DNA of 64,000 nt. Origin: Phycisphaeraceae bacterium. GTDB lineage: Bacteria; Planctomycetota; Phycisphaerae; Phycisphaerales; Phycisphaeraceae. The position numbers were made by a program, and so were the translations under genes. A model generated the notes under the pieces. That model worked only from the letters and a program-made list of their open reading frames with translations. It did not search any database and was not told where the DNA came from. Positions 19,161-29,427 of the stretch are shown piece by piece. Location of the stretch: NCBI GenBank assembly GCA_963674705.1, contig OY771506.1:2176001-2240000 (forward strand), written 5' to 3'. Within the stretch, counting starts at the first letter, position 1; every line of letters begins with the position of its first letter.

Positions 19161-19754
19161 TTATTTGTCATCGCCGCCTTCAAGCAGAAGCCGGCCGACT
19201 TCCTGAAAGAGTTTGCCTTGCGCTTTGCTGTTCAGCAGGCCGAGTTCGTGTGTGATATTGGTCATCATGCCAAGAGCAATAACGGACCAGGCGGTGAGGG
19301 TTGCGTCGGGATGATCTGCTGACCCTGCTGTTTCGCGATGGGCTTTGACCTGGCCGATGATGAAGCGGTGAAACTTGCGGTACATGCGTTTGAGCGCTTC
19401 GCGGACCTCGGGGTCATCGGCTTCGTTGAGCCCGGCAAAGGTGATGCGGTGCAAGCCGGTTTCGCCTCGGTGTTCACCTTCCCAGTTCAGGATGCGCTCG
19501 GCCGGGGAGATATCATCTTCTTCATTAAGCAGCCTGCTCCAGATCTCGGCGGTGTATTCATATAGATAATCGATCGACGCCAGGAACATCGCTTTCTTGT
19601 TAGGCCAGAGCCGGTAGAGCTGGTTCTCGCGCAAGCCGCAACGCTCTGCAAGGGCGGCGGTCGTTGCGCGTCGATAGCCTAATTCCGCAAACGCACGCGC
19701 CAGCACGGGCACCAGTTCAGCCCGCCGCTGATTGGATAGGTTCGGTCTTGCCAT
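19161..19754 (-). CDS. TetR/AcrR family transcriptional regulator
   Basis: N-terminal HTH (FAELGYRRATTAALAERCGLRENQLYRLWPNK). Start overlaps the upstream stop (TGATG). Confidence 0.85.
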   Translation of the reverse strand: MARPNLSNQRRAELVPVLARAFAELGYRRATTAALAERCGLRENQLYRLWPNKKAMFLASIDYLYEYTAEIWSRLLNEEDDISPAERILNWEGEHRGETGLHRITFAGLNEADDPEVREALKRMYRKFHRFIIGQVKAHRETAGSADHPDATLTAWSVIALGMMTNITHELGLLNSKAQGKLFQEVGRLLLEGGDDK

Positions 19755-22700
19755 CAGTCAGTCTCACTCTCCATCATGGATGTCGGCTTTTTGGCTTCTA
19801 TCTCCGATTGCTTTGGCCTGCGGAAGACATAGCGCTGGTACACATATCCAAGCACGATCAGGCTCAGGCCGAGACCCAGCAGGCTCAGCACGCGCCAGAG
19901 GTCCTGCAGCTTGAACGAATCAATCGCCACTTTGCCCACCGCAACCAGCATCACCGCCAGCGAACCATACCGCAAAGCTGTGCTGCCTGTTACCAGTCCA
20001 CCTGCCAGCAGAATAAGCGCCAGTGATACCCACGCCATGGAGTAGCCGTAGCTTTCGGCCTGAGTGATTGGGTGAGTTTTCAGCAGCAGGTCGCTGCCGA
20101 CAAATCCCTGACGCACTTCCAGGGATACGAATACAAACAGCAGCAACAGCGACACCACGGTCGCGATCGGTTTCATCGGCACTTCTTTGATGCGCGAGGT
20201 ATAACCGAGCACAGCCGCCAACACGCACGGTAAGCCATACAGATACAAAAGCCAGTTCAACACACGCAGCGAGCCGACGTCCGTCTGGTGGAACAGTGGG
20301 TTATCAACACCAAGCGGGCCGACGATTGAAGCGACGAAACCGGCTACGCCGATAGCAACGCCTGCCCACTCGAAGGGCTTCATCTTCAAACGCGATCCGA
20401 TCCATGACAGAACGATTGCTAAAGTAAGCCAGATCACGCTGTAGGTCGCCCATTCGTGCAGGCTGATGTCGTTGTTCTCGCTCCATTGCGTGTCGGGCCC
20501 GGTAAACCCGTGCCTGATCTGCAGCGAAGCCAGCACGAACAGTAAAACGAATGAAAGCGCGTAACCCACCTGCCGCAGCGGGCTGTTTTTGTCAGCGAGT
20601 CTTGCGAGCAAAAATGCCAGCAGGGCCGGGACACCGTAGATATACAATAGCCAGTTCAGCACGCGCAGCTCGCCGAGGTTTGCAGATTTGAGCATCGGGT
20701 TGTCCAACGCCAACGGCCCAAGCACCGCGGCGGCCAGCCCGGCCCAACCGATGACAGTGGCGGCTTGCCGAAGCGCTGTGATCTTCACCCATCGGCTTAG
20801 CCAGAATATGGCTAGCGACACCGCGATCCAGGCTGTGCTGTAGGTGGCCCATTCATGCAGGCCGATACCGTTGTCAAGCCGCAAGGGCATCTCGTCCTGG
20901 CCCATGAATCCGTGACGCACTTGCAGTGTCACCAGCGCGAAGAGCAAGACAAACGATACGATGCCCGCTGCTTTCTTAAACGGGCCCGATTCACTTGGCA
21001 GCAGCCACGCAAAAAGACCGGCCAACACGCACGGCAAACCATAGATATACAGAAGCCAGTTCAAGATAAGCATGCTGCCAACATCCGCCTGTTTGAGCAG
21101 CGGGTTTGAGAAGATCAGCAATTGCAGCACAGACGTGATCAGTCCAAATATCCCAATCCCGATCGCCGCCTTTCGCAGCCCATCAAGCGAAACCTGCTTG
21201 AATCGCCAAATCACCACGCTGCCTACCGCAAGCCAGAACCCGGCATAGGTCGCCCATTCCACCAGCGTCGGCGCTGCCGACCAGAGATTTTCAGGATCGA
21301 AACCAAGGCGCAACTGAAGGCTGATCGTGATCGTGGCGGTGACGAGCGCCAGCGCCTGGAACGACGATCTCACCCACAACCAGGGGTTGCGGTGATAAAT
21401 CCACGCGATCGCGGCGAAGCCCAACGCAGGCAGACCGAAGTGCGCCAGCATCGTGTTGAACACCGGCCGCATCGGCAAGTCGTAATGCAACACGCCCGGG
21501 TAGATCAGTAGGCTGATGCAACCGGCTGTCAGCCAGCATGTGGGGATCAGCAGCCAGCGGAGGTTCAGCCGCATCCCGACCGCTGCGATCACCACCGCCA
21601 ATCCGCACCACGCCGGCGCAACCCACGGGTGATCGAAAGCAAACCAGATGGCAAACGTCGCCGATGCCGAGGCCATCAAGGCATACGCGTCGATGACAAG
21701 CGTGCCGTGGCGCTGCCGCGTGCGCCAGACGATAGCTGTCGCGATGATGGCGAGCGCCGACGCGGCGGTGTACACCATCCACCATTCAAGCCAGTGAGGC
21801 AGGTCATGTCTTTGGCCAAGATGCGCAAGCAATACAAAGACAAGCGAGCTTGCTGCCGACAGCCACGCGAACATGCCGGGCTGTGCGTTCCGCCACAGGC
21901 ACAGCAATCCACCCACAAAGAACACGGATCCATACCCGATTGCCAGCAGGTAGTACTTTGATGGATCGAGCTCAGCGAATTCCGCCTTATATGCTAAGGG
22001 CCAGGCCAGCAGCATCATCCCGCATAAGCCCGCGCCCAGGTACGAAAGCGTGATATACCGCCGATCAAAGCGCGAGAGCACCAGAGCACCGGCCGCGAGC
22101 AGGCCTAACGACGAAAGCTCCAACATCGAGAAGTGGCTGTACGCCACGAACATCGCCATCAGCAGGGCGCTGGTGCCAACCGCGCCGAGTCCTAACCAGA
22201 TACGACCGACCCAGCCAATCCTGCTTTCTTCCTGATCGCTTGCCTTGGCGGCGTTGGTCACGAACACCACAGCCGTACCTAACGCGAACATGACCAGCCA
22301 CTGGCTGTGGTTTGGGTCCCATGCGAAGAGCGTGTATGCCAGCGTTGTGACGACCGACGCGAGAAGCGTCAGCGCGGATAAACCGAACCACTGTTTCTTC
22401 CGCGTGATGACCGACAGACCGACCTCGAGCAGGAGCAGGTACGTAAACGTTGGCCCCCATGCCTTGTCATCACCGCTGATCAGTGTCGGCGTTGCAAAGC
22501 CGCCGACCAGGCCCAGCAGTGCAACGAATTGCCCATGCAGCAGCGACATCCCGACCGCAATGGCTGTGATCACCGCCATCAGGGCGAAGCCTTGCCAGGG
22601 TTGTAAGACTTCAAAGAAGGCGGTCGCCGCTAACACCGTCGCGAACATGATCGCCACACCCGCCGCACAGACAGCGGCCGCCACCTTGTCGGCACGTTTG

Positions 22701-23497
22701 CGCAGCCACAGGCTCGCAAGTGTCATAATCGCCCCGGACACACCCGCGATCGACAGTCTTGCCTGCACTGATAACAGCTCGTTATCAAACGAATACTTAA
22801 CCAGAAACGCCCCGGCCAGCATGAGCGCGATCCCGCCGATCCAGATATACACGCCCGCGCCGAGGCGTTCTTCCAGCGACACTTTCTTTTGCTTGGGCCT
22901 GGGTGATATTTTGGCTGGATACCACGGTTTAGGTTGCCGGGGAGGGGGTGTTGCAGCCTTGGAAGCAGCCCCGGTGATCGATGCGCCGCTGAGGGCGCCG
23001 CCTTGCACTTCCTTTGCGACTGATGCCAGCCGATGCAACGTTTCCTTCTTACTTGCTTCGGCTGTTGTCGGTTCTATCAGGCTGTAAGTCGCCTCATCCT
23101 CGGGTTCGGTTGCTTCTGCTGCGGCGTCGAGTTTTTCAACAAGTGGTTCGCTGACTTCGGGAATCGGTTCTTCAATCGTCGCTTCAGGTGATGCAACAGG
23201 TTTTGTGACCAGCGGCTTGTGTTCTGTTGCCGGGACAGAAACCTCTTTCTGAGGTGCGGCAGGTGCTGGGGGTTCGGGTTGGATAAAAGTGGTCTCAACC
23301 GGTGCGCTGACTTGCCGATCCACCTTCGGCATGGGTCGCGGCTGAACCGGGGCCTGGGCCGGCGGTTGATTTTGCAGCCGGGAAACGATCTGTTGCAGCC
23401 GACTGATCTGCTTCTGCATCTGGCGCTGTTCGATCCAGCCGATGATCGCCAGGAGCAGTGCCACGAAACCCAGTACCAGAGCCAAACTTGCCATCAC
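19754..23497 (-). CDS. DUF2339-like large membrane protein
   Basis: Pro-rich linker, LEERLGAGVYIWIGGIAL, >20 TM segments, repeated VLNWLLYIYGxP units and a C-terminal LWRVLSLLGLGLSL. Confidence 0.8.
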   Translation of the reverse strand: MMASLALVLGFVALLLAIIGWIEQRQMQKQISRLQQIVSRLQNQPPAQAPVQPRPMPKVDRQVSAPVETTFIQPEPPAPAAPQKEVSVPATEHKPLVTKPVASPEATIEEPIPEVSEPLVEKLDAAAEATEPEDEATYSLIEPTTAEASKKETLHRLASVAKEVQGGALSGASITGAASKAATPPPRQPKPWYPAKISPRPKQKKVSLEERLGAGVYIWIGGIALMLAGAFLVKYSFDNELLSVQARLSIAGVSGAIMTLASLWLRKRADKVAAAVCAAGVAIMFATVLAATAFFEVLQPWQGFALMAVITAIAVGMSLLHGQFVALLGLVGGFATPTLISGDDKAWGPTFTYLLLLEVGLSVITRKKQWFGLSALTLLASVVTTLAYTLFAWDPNHSQWLVMFALGTAVVFVTNAAKASDQEESRIGWVGRIWLGLGAVGTSALLMAMFVAYSHFSMLELSSLGLLAAGALVLSRFDRRYITLSYLGAGLCGMMLLAWPLAYKAEFAELDPSKYYLLAIGYGSVFFVGGLLCLWRNAQPGMFAWLSAASSLVFVLLAHLGQRHDLPHWLEWWMVYTAASALAIIATAIVWRTRQRHGTLVIDAYALMASASATFAIWFAFDHPWVAPAWCGLAVVIAAVGMRLNLRWLLIPTCWLTAGCISLLIYPGVLHYDLPMRPVFNTMLAHFGLPALGFAAIAWIYHRNPWLWVRSSFQALALVTATITISLQLRLGFDPENLWSAAPTLVEWATYAGFWLAVGSVVIWRFKQVSLDGLRKAAIGIGIFGLITSVLQLLIFSNPLLKQADVGSMLILNWLLYIYGLPCVLAGLFAWLLPSESGPFKKAAGIVSFVLLFALVTLQVRHGFMGQDEMPLRLDNGIGLHEWATYSTAWIAVSLAIFWLSRWVKITALRQAATVIGWAGLAAAVLGPLALDNPMLKSANLGELRVLNWLLYIYGVPALLAFLLARLADKNSPLRQVGYALSFVLLFVLASLQIRHGFTGPDTQWSENNDISLHEWATYSVIWLTLAIVLSWIGSRLKMKPFEWAGVAIGVAGFVASIVGPLGVDNPLFHQTDVGSLRVLNWLLYLYGLPCVLAAVLGYTSRIKEVPMKPIATVVSLLLLFVFVSLEVRQGFVGSDLLLKTHPITQAESYGYSMAWVSLALILLAGGLVTGSTALRYGSLAVMLVAVGKVAIDSFKLQDLWRVLSLLGLGLSLIVLGYVYQRYVFRRPKQSEIEAKKPTSMMESETD

Positions 23498-23750
23498 CTA
23501 CCCCTTACGCCCGCCACGCTTTCTGTTCTATCGCTTTGCTGAGCGTTAATTCTTTAAAAACAAGTAATTACGCGCTTTAGTACTAAATGGTTGCCTGCTG
23601 CGTGAGCGCCTTTACATCGTTGTTTTGTGTCTATCGGCTTGCAATCGTTAAAACGTAAGTGTATACTTACAAAATAAAGTTCAGATGGCCGATTGTCAAG
23701 ACCTTGTCACAATGCATCCGTAAAAAAAGCGACGCCGAAAGGGTGCTGAC

Positions 23751-24143
23751 ATGCCGAGCGTGAACCTGATCTTCGCCTGGTGCTGGATTGTGACGGGGTT
23801 GCTCGTTGGAGCGCTTCTGGGGATGGGCTTCCACAAGGAAACGTTCATGGGCGGCTACGCATCCTGGCGGCGGCGGATGATGCGCCTCGGGCATATCGCT
23901 TTTCTGGGTACCGCGATGCTGAACATGGGTTTGGCGCTTAGCGTAAGGTCGCTGGGCGTGCCGGATTCAAGTGTGTTCTGGCCGGGGCTTTTGTTGATCG
24001 TCGGTGCGGTGGCGATGCCGAGTGTGTGTTTCCTTTCAGCGTGGATCAAGCGCTTTCGTGGGCTGTTCTTTATACCGGTGTTGAGTCTGGTTGTCGGCTG
24101 TGGTTGGTTCACAGCCGTGGTTTATTGCCATCAATTCCAATAG
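23751..24143 (+). CDS. Hypothetical 4-TM membrane protein
   Basis: 130-aa hydrophobic ORF with an upstream AAGGG; first gene of the radical SAM operon. Confidence 0.7.
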   Translation: MPSVNLIFAWCWIVTGLLVGALLGMGFHKETFMGGYASWRRRMMRLGHIAFLGTAMLNMGLALSVRSLGVPDSSVFWPGLLLIVGAVAMPSVCFLSAWIKRFRGLFFIPVLSLVVGCGWFTAVVYCHQFQ

Positions 24144-24163
24144 CAATCGAAAGGGGGCTTACC

Positions 24164-25504
24164 ATGAGAATCGGATTGATCGCCATGAGTGGTGTGCGGG
24201 CGTGTGATGAGGAACTGTTGCGTCTGGGGCTGACGCTTCCCGGTTTCGTCGAACGCAGCAAAACAATTGCATCCTTGCCCAGCCTGGGCTTGCTGACCTT
24301 GGCCGGCATGACGCCCGAGCAACATGAGGTTGAGTATCTGGATGTGCAGGACATCGCGGATGTTCAGATGGACTGGGCGACGTTCGACCTGGTAGCTATT
24401 TCAACCTTCACAGCCCAGGCGCCGGAGGCTTATGAGCTGGCGGATCAATGCCGGGCTGCGGGCGCTCGTGTTGTGATGGGCGGGTTGCACGTCACCTGTT
24501 TGCCGGAAGAAGCACTCGAACACTGTGATGCGGTCGTGGTAGGGGAGGGCGAGTTGTGTTGGCTCGATGTATTGAAAGACGCCGAGGCCGATGGACTACA
24601 ACGCATCTATAGCGGCAGGCCCAACGAGTTTGACCTGGACGAGAGCCCCATGCCGGCGTTCCACCTGTTGGATATGGATAAATATAACCGCATCACCGTG
24701 CAGACCTCGCGAGGTTGTCCCTGGCGGTGTGAGTTCTGTGCCAGTTCGATTCTCTTGACGCCAAAGTACAAGCAGAAGCCGATCGAGAAAGTATTGGCGG
24801 AGGTTGATCGCATCCGCGAGCGCTGGGCCAGGCCGTTCATCGAGTTTGCCGATGACAACAGTTTTGTGGATAAGCGTTATTGGAAGGCGCTTCTACCCAA
24901 GCTGGCTGAACGCAGGATCAAATGGTTCACCGAGACCGATATCAGCGTCGGTGAAGATGATGAATTGCTTGTCCTCATGCGAGATGCCGGCTGCGCCGAG
25001 GTGCTGATCGGGTTAGAAAGCCCGACTGAGCAGAGCCTGCAAGGGCTTGAGCTGAAGACCGACTGGAAGAACAAGCGACGTGAAGACACTATCCGCCTGA
25101 TCCACAACATCCAGTCTCACGGCATCCGCGTTAACGGCTGCTTCATCCTCGGGCTCGACGGGCAAACCACTGATGTCTTCGACAAGGTCTATGACTTCGC
25201 TCGCGAACTAGAAATCTACGACGTGCAGATCACCTTGCAGACGCCTTTCCCCGGCACGCCGTTATATGCCAGGTTGCAGCGTGAGAACCGACTGCTCGAA
25301 GAGAATGCCTGGCATCGTTGCACCTTGTTTGATCTGACCTATCGACCCGCGCCGATGACTGCGGACGAACTGGTCCTGGGTTTCCACGACCTGGCTGTTC
25401 GGCTCTACAGCGATGAGGCGACCAGTTGGCGGCATGATATTTTCAAACGCAAGTACCGCAGGGCGACGAACGGGTCGATTGCGGGTATAAAGGAGACAGC
25501 GTAA
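24164..25504 (+). CDS. B12-binding domain radical SAM protein
   Basis: LPSLGLLTLAG and VVMGGLHVT (B12-binding domain); SRGCPWRCEFC (CxxxCxxC); FADDN; TPFPGTPLY. Start at MRIGLI after a GGGGG RBS. Confidence 0.9.
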   Translation: MRIGLIAMSGVRACDEELLRLGLTLPGFVERSKTIASLPSLGLLTLAGMTPEQHEVEYLDVQDIADVQMDWATFDLVAISTFTAQAPEAYELADQCRAAGARVVMGGLHVTCLPEEALEHCDAVVVGEGELCWLDVLKDAEADGLQRIYSGRPNEFDLDESPMPAFHLLDMDKYNRITVQTSRGCPWRCEFCASSILLTPKYKQKPIEKVLAEVDRIRERWARPFIEFADDNSFVDKRYWKALLPKLAERRIKWFTETDISVGEDDELLVLMRDAGCAEVLIGLESPTEQSLQGLELKTDWKNKRREDTIRLIHNIQSHGIRVNGCFILGLDGQTTDVFDKVYDFARELEIYDVQITLQTPFPGTPLYARLQRENRLLEENAWHRCTLFDLTYRPAPMTADELVLGFHDLAVRLYSDEATSWRHDIFKRKYRRATNGSIAGIKETA

Positions 25505-25539
25505 GACTCCAGGGGCCGGGGTTTGCAGGAGGTCTTCCC

Positions 25540-25917
25540 ATGTCACGATCTTCCCCGGCCATCAAACCCATCTTTGTCATCGCAGGACTCTATGACGGCC
25601 TGCTCGGTCTGGCGTTCCTTTTTGCTGCGCAGAAGATCTACGAGCGTTTTGACGTTACCCCACCGAACCACTTCGGCTACATCCACTTTGCCGCGTTGCT
25701 GTTGATCGTCTTTGCGCTGATGTTCTTCGCGGTTGCGTTGGACCCGAAGCGCAACCGCAATCTCATCCCGTACGGGATACTGCTCAAGGTCAGTTACTGC
25801 CTGACCGTCGGCTGGCACTGGCTGGACGCCGGCGTGCCGAACATGTGGAAGCCTTTTTTCGTACTTGATCTTGCTTTTATTGTTATCTTCATCTGGGCGT
25901 ACAGGAAGATCAGGTAG
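25540..25917 (+). CDS. Hypothetical 4-TM membrane protein
   Basis: 125-aa hydrophobic ORF with an AGGAGG RBS. Confidence 0.7.
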   Translation: MSRSSPAIKPIFVIAGLYDGLLGLAFLFAAQKIYERFDVTPPNHFGYIHFAALLLIVFALMFFAVALDPKRNRNLIPYGILLKVSYCLTVGWHWLDAGVPNMWKPFFVLDLAFIVIFIWAYRKIR

Positions 25918-25958
25918 CGGGACGGACGAGGTTATTGCAGTAACTTGCTTGGGATGTT

Positions 25959-28562
25959 GTGAAGATGAAGCACATGACAGTCTTGGGCCGACGCATGATA
26001 TTTGTCGTCGGCCTGTATTGTTTGTTGAATAGCGTGCTGAGCGTTTCTGCCTGGGGCCAACTTACGGATAACGACTTCGATCGTGTCCGAGGCCTGCGTC
26101 AGGCTGTGGTGGGCAAGGTGCTTAACGAAGAGCTGAACGTGCAGTGGACGGCCGACGGCCGTTGGCTCTGGTACCGTGTGCAGGAACGTGGCGATAAGCA
26201 ATCCTTCTGGAAAGTAGATACCACCACCGGCAATCGCAGCCCCGCATTCGATCCCGAATCTCTAGCGGTGTTGCTGGAAGAACACTTCGGTGAACCGGGC
26301 AATCCGATCACGTTTGATCCACAGCGTTTACCTATTGAACGCATTGTGATCGATGAACACAACCATACCCATCTGTTCCTTGTTCATGACCGTGGTGTGG
26401 TGCGTATCGTGGTTCGTGACGGTAAGGCGGAAATCCAAGGGGCACAGGCGGATGATCCTTTCCAGACGCCGATACGTAAAGCCGGATCGGATATCCGTAG
26501 TCGCAATAGCTCAACCTCCACGCACTTGTTATTTACGAATCAGAATCCACATGCAGTGCGTCTGGAATGGGTTGACACGGCCGGTCAGTACCACACCTAC
26601 GCCACCCTCCCACCGGGCGAATCGCATCGCCAGCACACATTCGTTGGTCACGTCTGGCGCGTCGTGACCGAGGCCGATGGGCAGGAACTGCTGCGTATTC
26701 GAGCGCGGAGGACATTCGGCGTTGTTGTGATTCCGGGTGAAGCTGTGGCTGAAGATCAAACCGGGCAAGGCCAAGCTCGCCGCGAATCATGGTCGCCGCC
26801 CGATCGCGTCTCGCCCGACGGCAAATGGAGAATCGATATCAAGGACAACAACCTTGTTCTCATCGATCAGGAAACTGAAGAGACCTTTGCGCTAACGGAA
26901 AGCGGTACGCCGGAGAACACATTTGATCATCAGCTGTTCTGGTCGCCGGATAGCCGACGCCTGCTTGCTGTGCAGACGCAGATCGTAAAGCCACGCAAGG
27001 TTCATCTCATCCAGTCTACGCCCCCGGATCAACTGCAGCCGAAGTTGATTGACATCGACTACGCCAAGCCGGGCGATCCGATCGATAAACCGCGACCCCG
27101 GTTGTTTGATGTGGTCGAACGTAAAGAGATTGAAGTGGACGATGTGCTGTTTAATGAGCCATGGTCCATCAATCACTTCCACTGGTCTACGGATGGCTCG
27201 ACTTGTTACTTGCTTTACAATCAGCGTGGGCATCAGGTCATGCGAGTGATCGCCATCGATGCGTCGACCGGTGCGGTCAGAACCGTTGTGGATGAACACA
27301 GCGATACATTCATCGATTATTCGAACAAAACCTACCTGAAACACTTTGACGAAACTGATGAGTTGCTTTGGATGTCCGAGCGGGACGGTTGGAATCATTT
27401 GTACCTTATTGATCGCAAGACAGGCTCGATCGTTCGGCAGGTCACAAGCGGGCAGTGGTTAGTTAAGCGCGTAAATGAAATCGATATTACTGATGGACAT
27501 CGCACCGCAACGCTAACCATCCTCGGCCACCCTGCGCACAACGGGCAGGACCCATACTTTGAGCATCACGCTCGTGTCGATATCGATACCGGCCAGCTGA
27601 CCTTACTCACCGAAGGCAACGGTACACATTCGCTGACCTATTCACCCGACGGCAAGCACTATGTCGACAAGTGGTCTCGCGTCGATCAGCCGCCGGTGTA
27701 TGAACTGCGGCGAAGTGAAGATGGTTCGCTGGTGTGTGAGTTGTCGCGTGCCGATGAATCGGCGCTGCTTGATGTGGTTGGCAGATTACCCGAGCCATAC
27801 GTCGCCAAAGGCCGTGACGGCCAAACGAATATCTGGGGTGTGATCCATCGCCCGACCAACTTCGATCCAAACAAACATTATCCCGTCCTTGAACAGATCT
27901 ACGCCGGCCCGCACGGCCAGCACGTGCCGAAGTCGTTTTCTGCATATCACGGCGCGCAGCGTTTTGCGGAATTCGGCTTCATCGTCGTGCAGATCGACGG
28001 CATGGGGACGAACTGGCGCAGCAAAGTGTTCCACAATGTCGCCTGGAAAAACCTGAAGGATGCGGGCTTTCCCGATCGGATTGCATGGATGAAGGCGGCG
28101 GCGGAGCATGAGCCGGCGATGGACATCAGCAGGATCGGCATTTATGGCGGATCGGCCGGCGGGCAGAACGCCATGCGTGCCGTACTTGATTATGCCGACT
28201 TCTACAAAGCCGCCATGGCCGACTGCGGCTGCCACGACAACCGTATGGATAAGATCTGGTGGAACGAGGCCTGGATGGGATACCCCGTCGATGAAAGCTA
28301 CATCAAGAGTTCGAACCTTGAAGATGCACACAAACTCGGCGGGGCGCTGCTGCTGACCGTCGGCGCGATGGACAACAACGTCGATCCGTCTTCAACCTTC
28401 CAGGTTGCTGATGCCTTGATCAAAGCCAACAAGGACTTCGACCTGATCGTCTTTCCTTCGGGCGGCCACGGCTCGGGCGGCAGCGATTATGGCTGGCGTC
28501 GTACAGCAAAATTCTTTGTCGAGCATCTGGGTGTGCCGGAAGCTGCTGGTGGCACGGACTAA
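25959..28562 (+). CDS. S9 family dipeptidyl peptidase IV-like protein with an inserted VHL-beta-like domain
   Basis: Signal peptide; SERDGWNHLY propeller; YAGPHG; GGSAGG nucleophile; DNNVD; GGH catalytic His. Confidence 0.9.
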   Translation: MKMKHMTVLGRRMIFVVGLYCLLNSVLSVSAWGQLTDNDFDRVRGLRQAVVGKVLNEELNVQWTADGRWLWYRVQERGDKQSFWKVDTTTGNRSPAFDPESLAVLLEEHFGEPGNPITFDPQRLPIERIVIDEHNHTHLFLVHDRGVVRIVVRDGKAEIQGAQADDPFQTPIRKAGSDIRSRNSSTSTHLLFTNQNPHAVRLEWVDTAGQYHTYATLPPGESHRQHTFVGHVWRVVTEADGQELLRIRARRTFGVVVIPGEAVAEDQTGQGQARRESWSPPDRVSPDGKWRIDIKDNNLVLIDQETEETFALTESGTPENTFDHQLFWSPDSRRLLAVQTQIVKPRKVHLIQSTPPDQLQPKLIDIDYAKPGDPIDKPRPRLFDVVERKEIEVDDVLFNEPWSINHFHWSTDGSTCYLLYNQRGHQVMRVIAIDASTGAVRTVVDEHSDTFIDYSNKTYLKHFDETDELLWMSERDGWNHLYLIDRKTGSIVRQVTSGQWLVKRVNEIDITDGHRTATLTILGHPAHNGQDPYFEHHARVDIDTGQLTLLTEGNGTHSLTYSPDGKHYVDKWSRVDQPPVYELRRSEDGSLVCELSRADESALLDVVGRLPEPYVAKGRDGQTNIWGVIHRPTNFDPNKHYPVLEQIYAGPHGQHVPKSFSAYHGAQRFAEFGFIVVQIDGMGTNWRSKVFHNVAWKNLKDAGFPDRIAWMKAAAEHEPAMDISRIGIYGGSAGGQNAMRAVLDYADFYKAAMADCGCHDNRMDKIWWNEAWMGYPVDESYIKSSNLEDAHKLGGALLLTVGAMDNNVDPSSTFQVADALIKANKDFDLIVFPSGGHGSGGSDYGWRRTAKFFVEHLGVPEAAGGTD

Positions 28563-28712
28563 AACCATTTGCATCAATTGTGACCGTCGTTGCCGCGGAT
28601 GCGAGAACCCACGTGGCCCATGAATCCAAAGACGTGGGGCCGCCCTGCACGAAGCTGGCGACAAACGGCAAACGGGTAGGACAAACGATGCAAATAGCTC
28701 ATGGTCTGGCTC

Positions 28713-28747
28713 TAGGACATCAAATATAACTTATATTAGATGTCCTA
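28713..28747. repeat. Near-perfect 35-bp palindrome in a convergent intergenic region
   Basis: TAGGACATCAAATATAA-C-TTATATTAGATGTCCTA; 16 of 17 arm positions are complementary. Confidence 0.7.
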
Positions 28748-28868
28748 TGCCCGGTATCAGTGGGGCTTTTAGGTTGTGGTTGTATGGTGCGTAAGCGGCT
28801 CCGTGCGGGAGCGTTGTGGTCGCCAGGTTTGCTTAGAGTGGATTCGGTACGCTCAGAATCGGCCGATC

Positions 28869-29312
28869 TTATTCGATCCCGATATCTTCATTCCAAAGGT
28901 CCGGGTGGTCGCGGATAAAGTCTTCCATAAGTTTGATACAGCGGGGGTTGTTGAGGTTGATCAACTCGACGCCGTGCTGTTTGAAGAGGTCCTCCGCGCC
29001 CATGAAGTTTTTGTTTTCGCCGATGATGATGCGCGGGATCTTGTAGAGCAGGCTGGTCCCGGTGCACATGATGCACGGGCTGAGCGTGCTGACCAGCGTC
29101 AATCGAGGCCAATCCCGCCGACGGCCTGCATTACGGATGCAGGCAACCTCCGCATGCGCTGTCGGGTCGTGCGTCTGCACGCGCAGGTTGTGCCCGCGTG
29201 CCACGACTTTGCCATCTGAATCGGCTAACACCGAGCCGATCGGCAATCCGCCTTCAGCTAGACCTGCTTCCGCTTCCTTGATCGCTTCGTCCAGTAGCGC
29301 CTGGTAGTCCAT
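28869..29312 (-). CDS. Nucleoside/cytosine deaminase (Zn-dependent CDA fold)
   Basis: PTAHAE and LSPCIMC motifs. Start placed at MDYQALL. Confidence 0.88.
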   Translation of the reverse strand: MDYQALLDEAIKEAEAGLAEGGLPIGSVLADSDGKVVARGHNLRVQTHDPTAHAEVACIRNAGRRRDWPRLTLVSTLSPCIMCTGTSLLYKIPRIIIGENKNFMGAEDLFKQHGVELINLNNPRCIKLMEDFIRDHPDLWNEDIGIE

Positions 29313-29427
29313 GATGCATCTATCCTCTTGGGGTAAGGTATCCGCAGAATAACAGAATGAATCCAAGTTCCAACCACTTCAGGCCTAACTTCAAATTCAA
29401 TGACCAGAATGAGGTATTATCCTGCCC

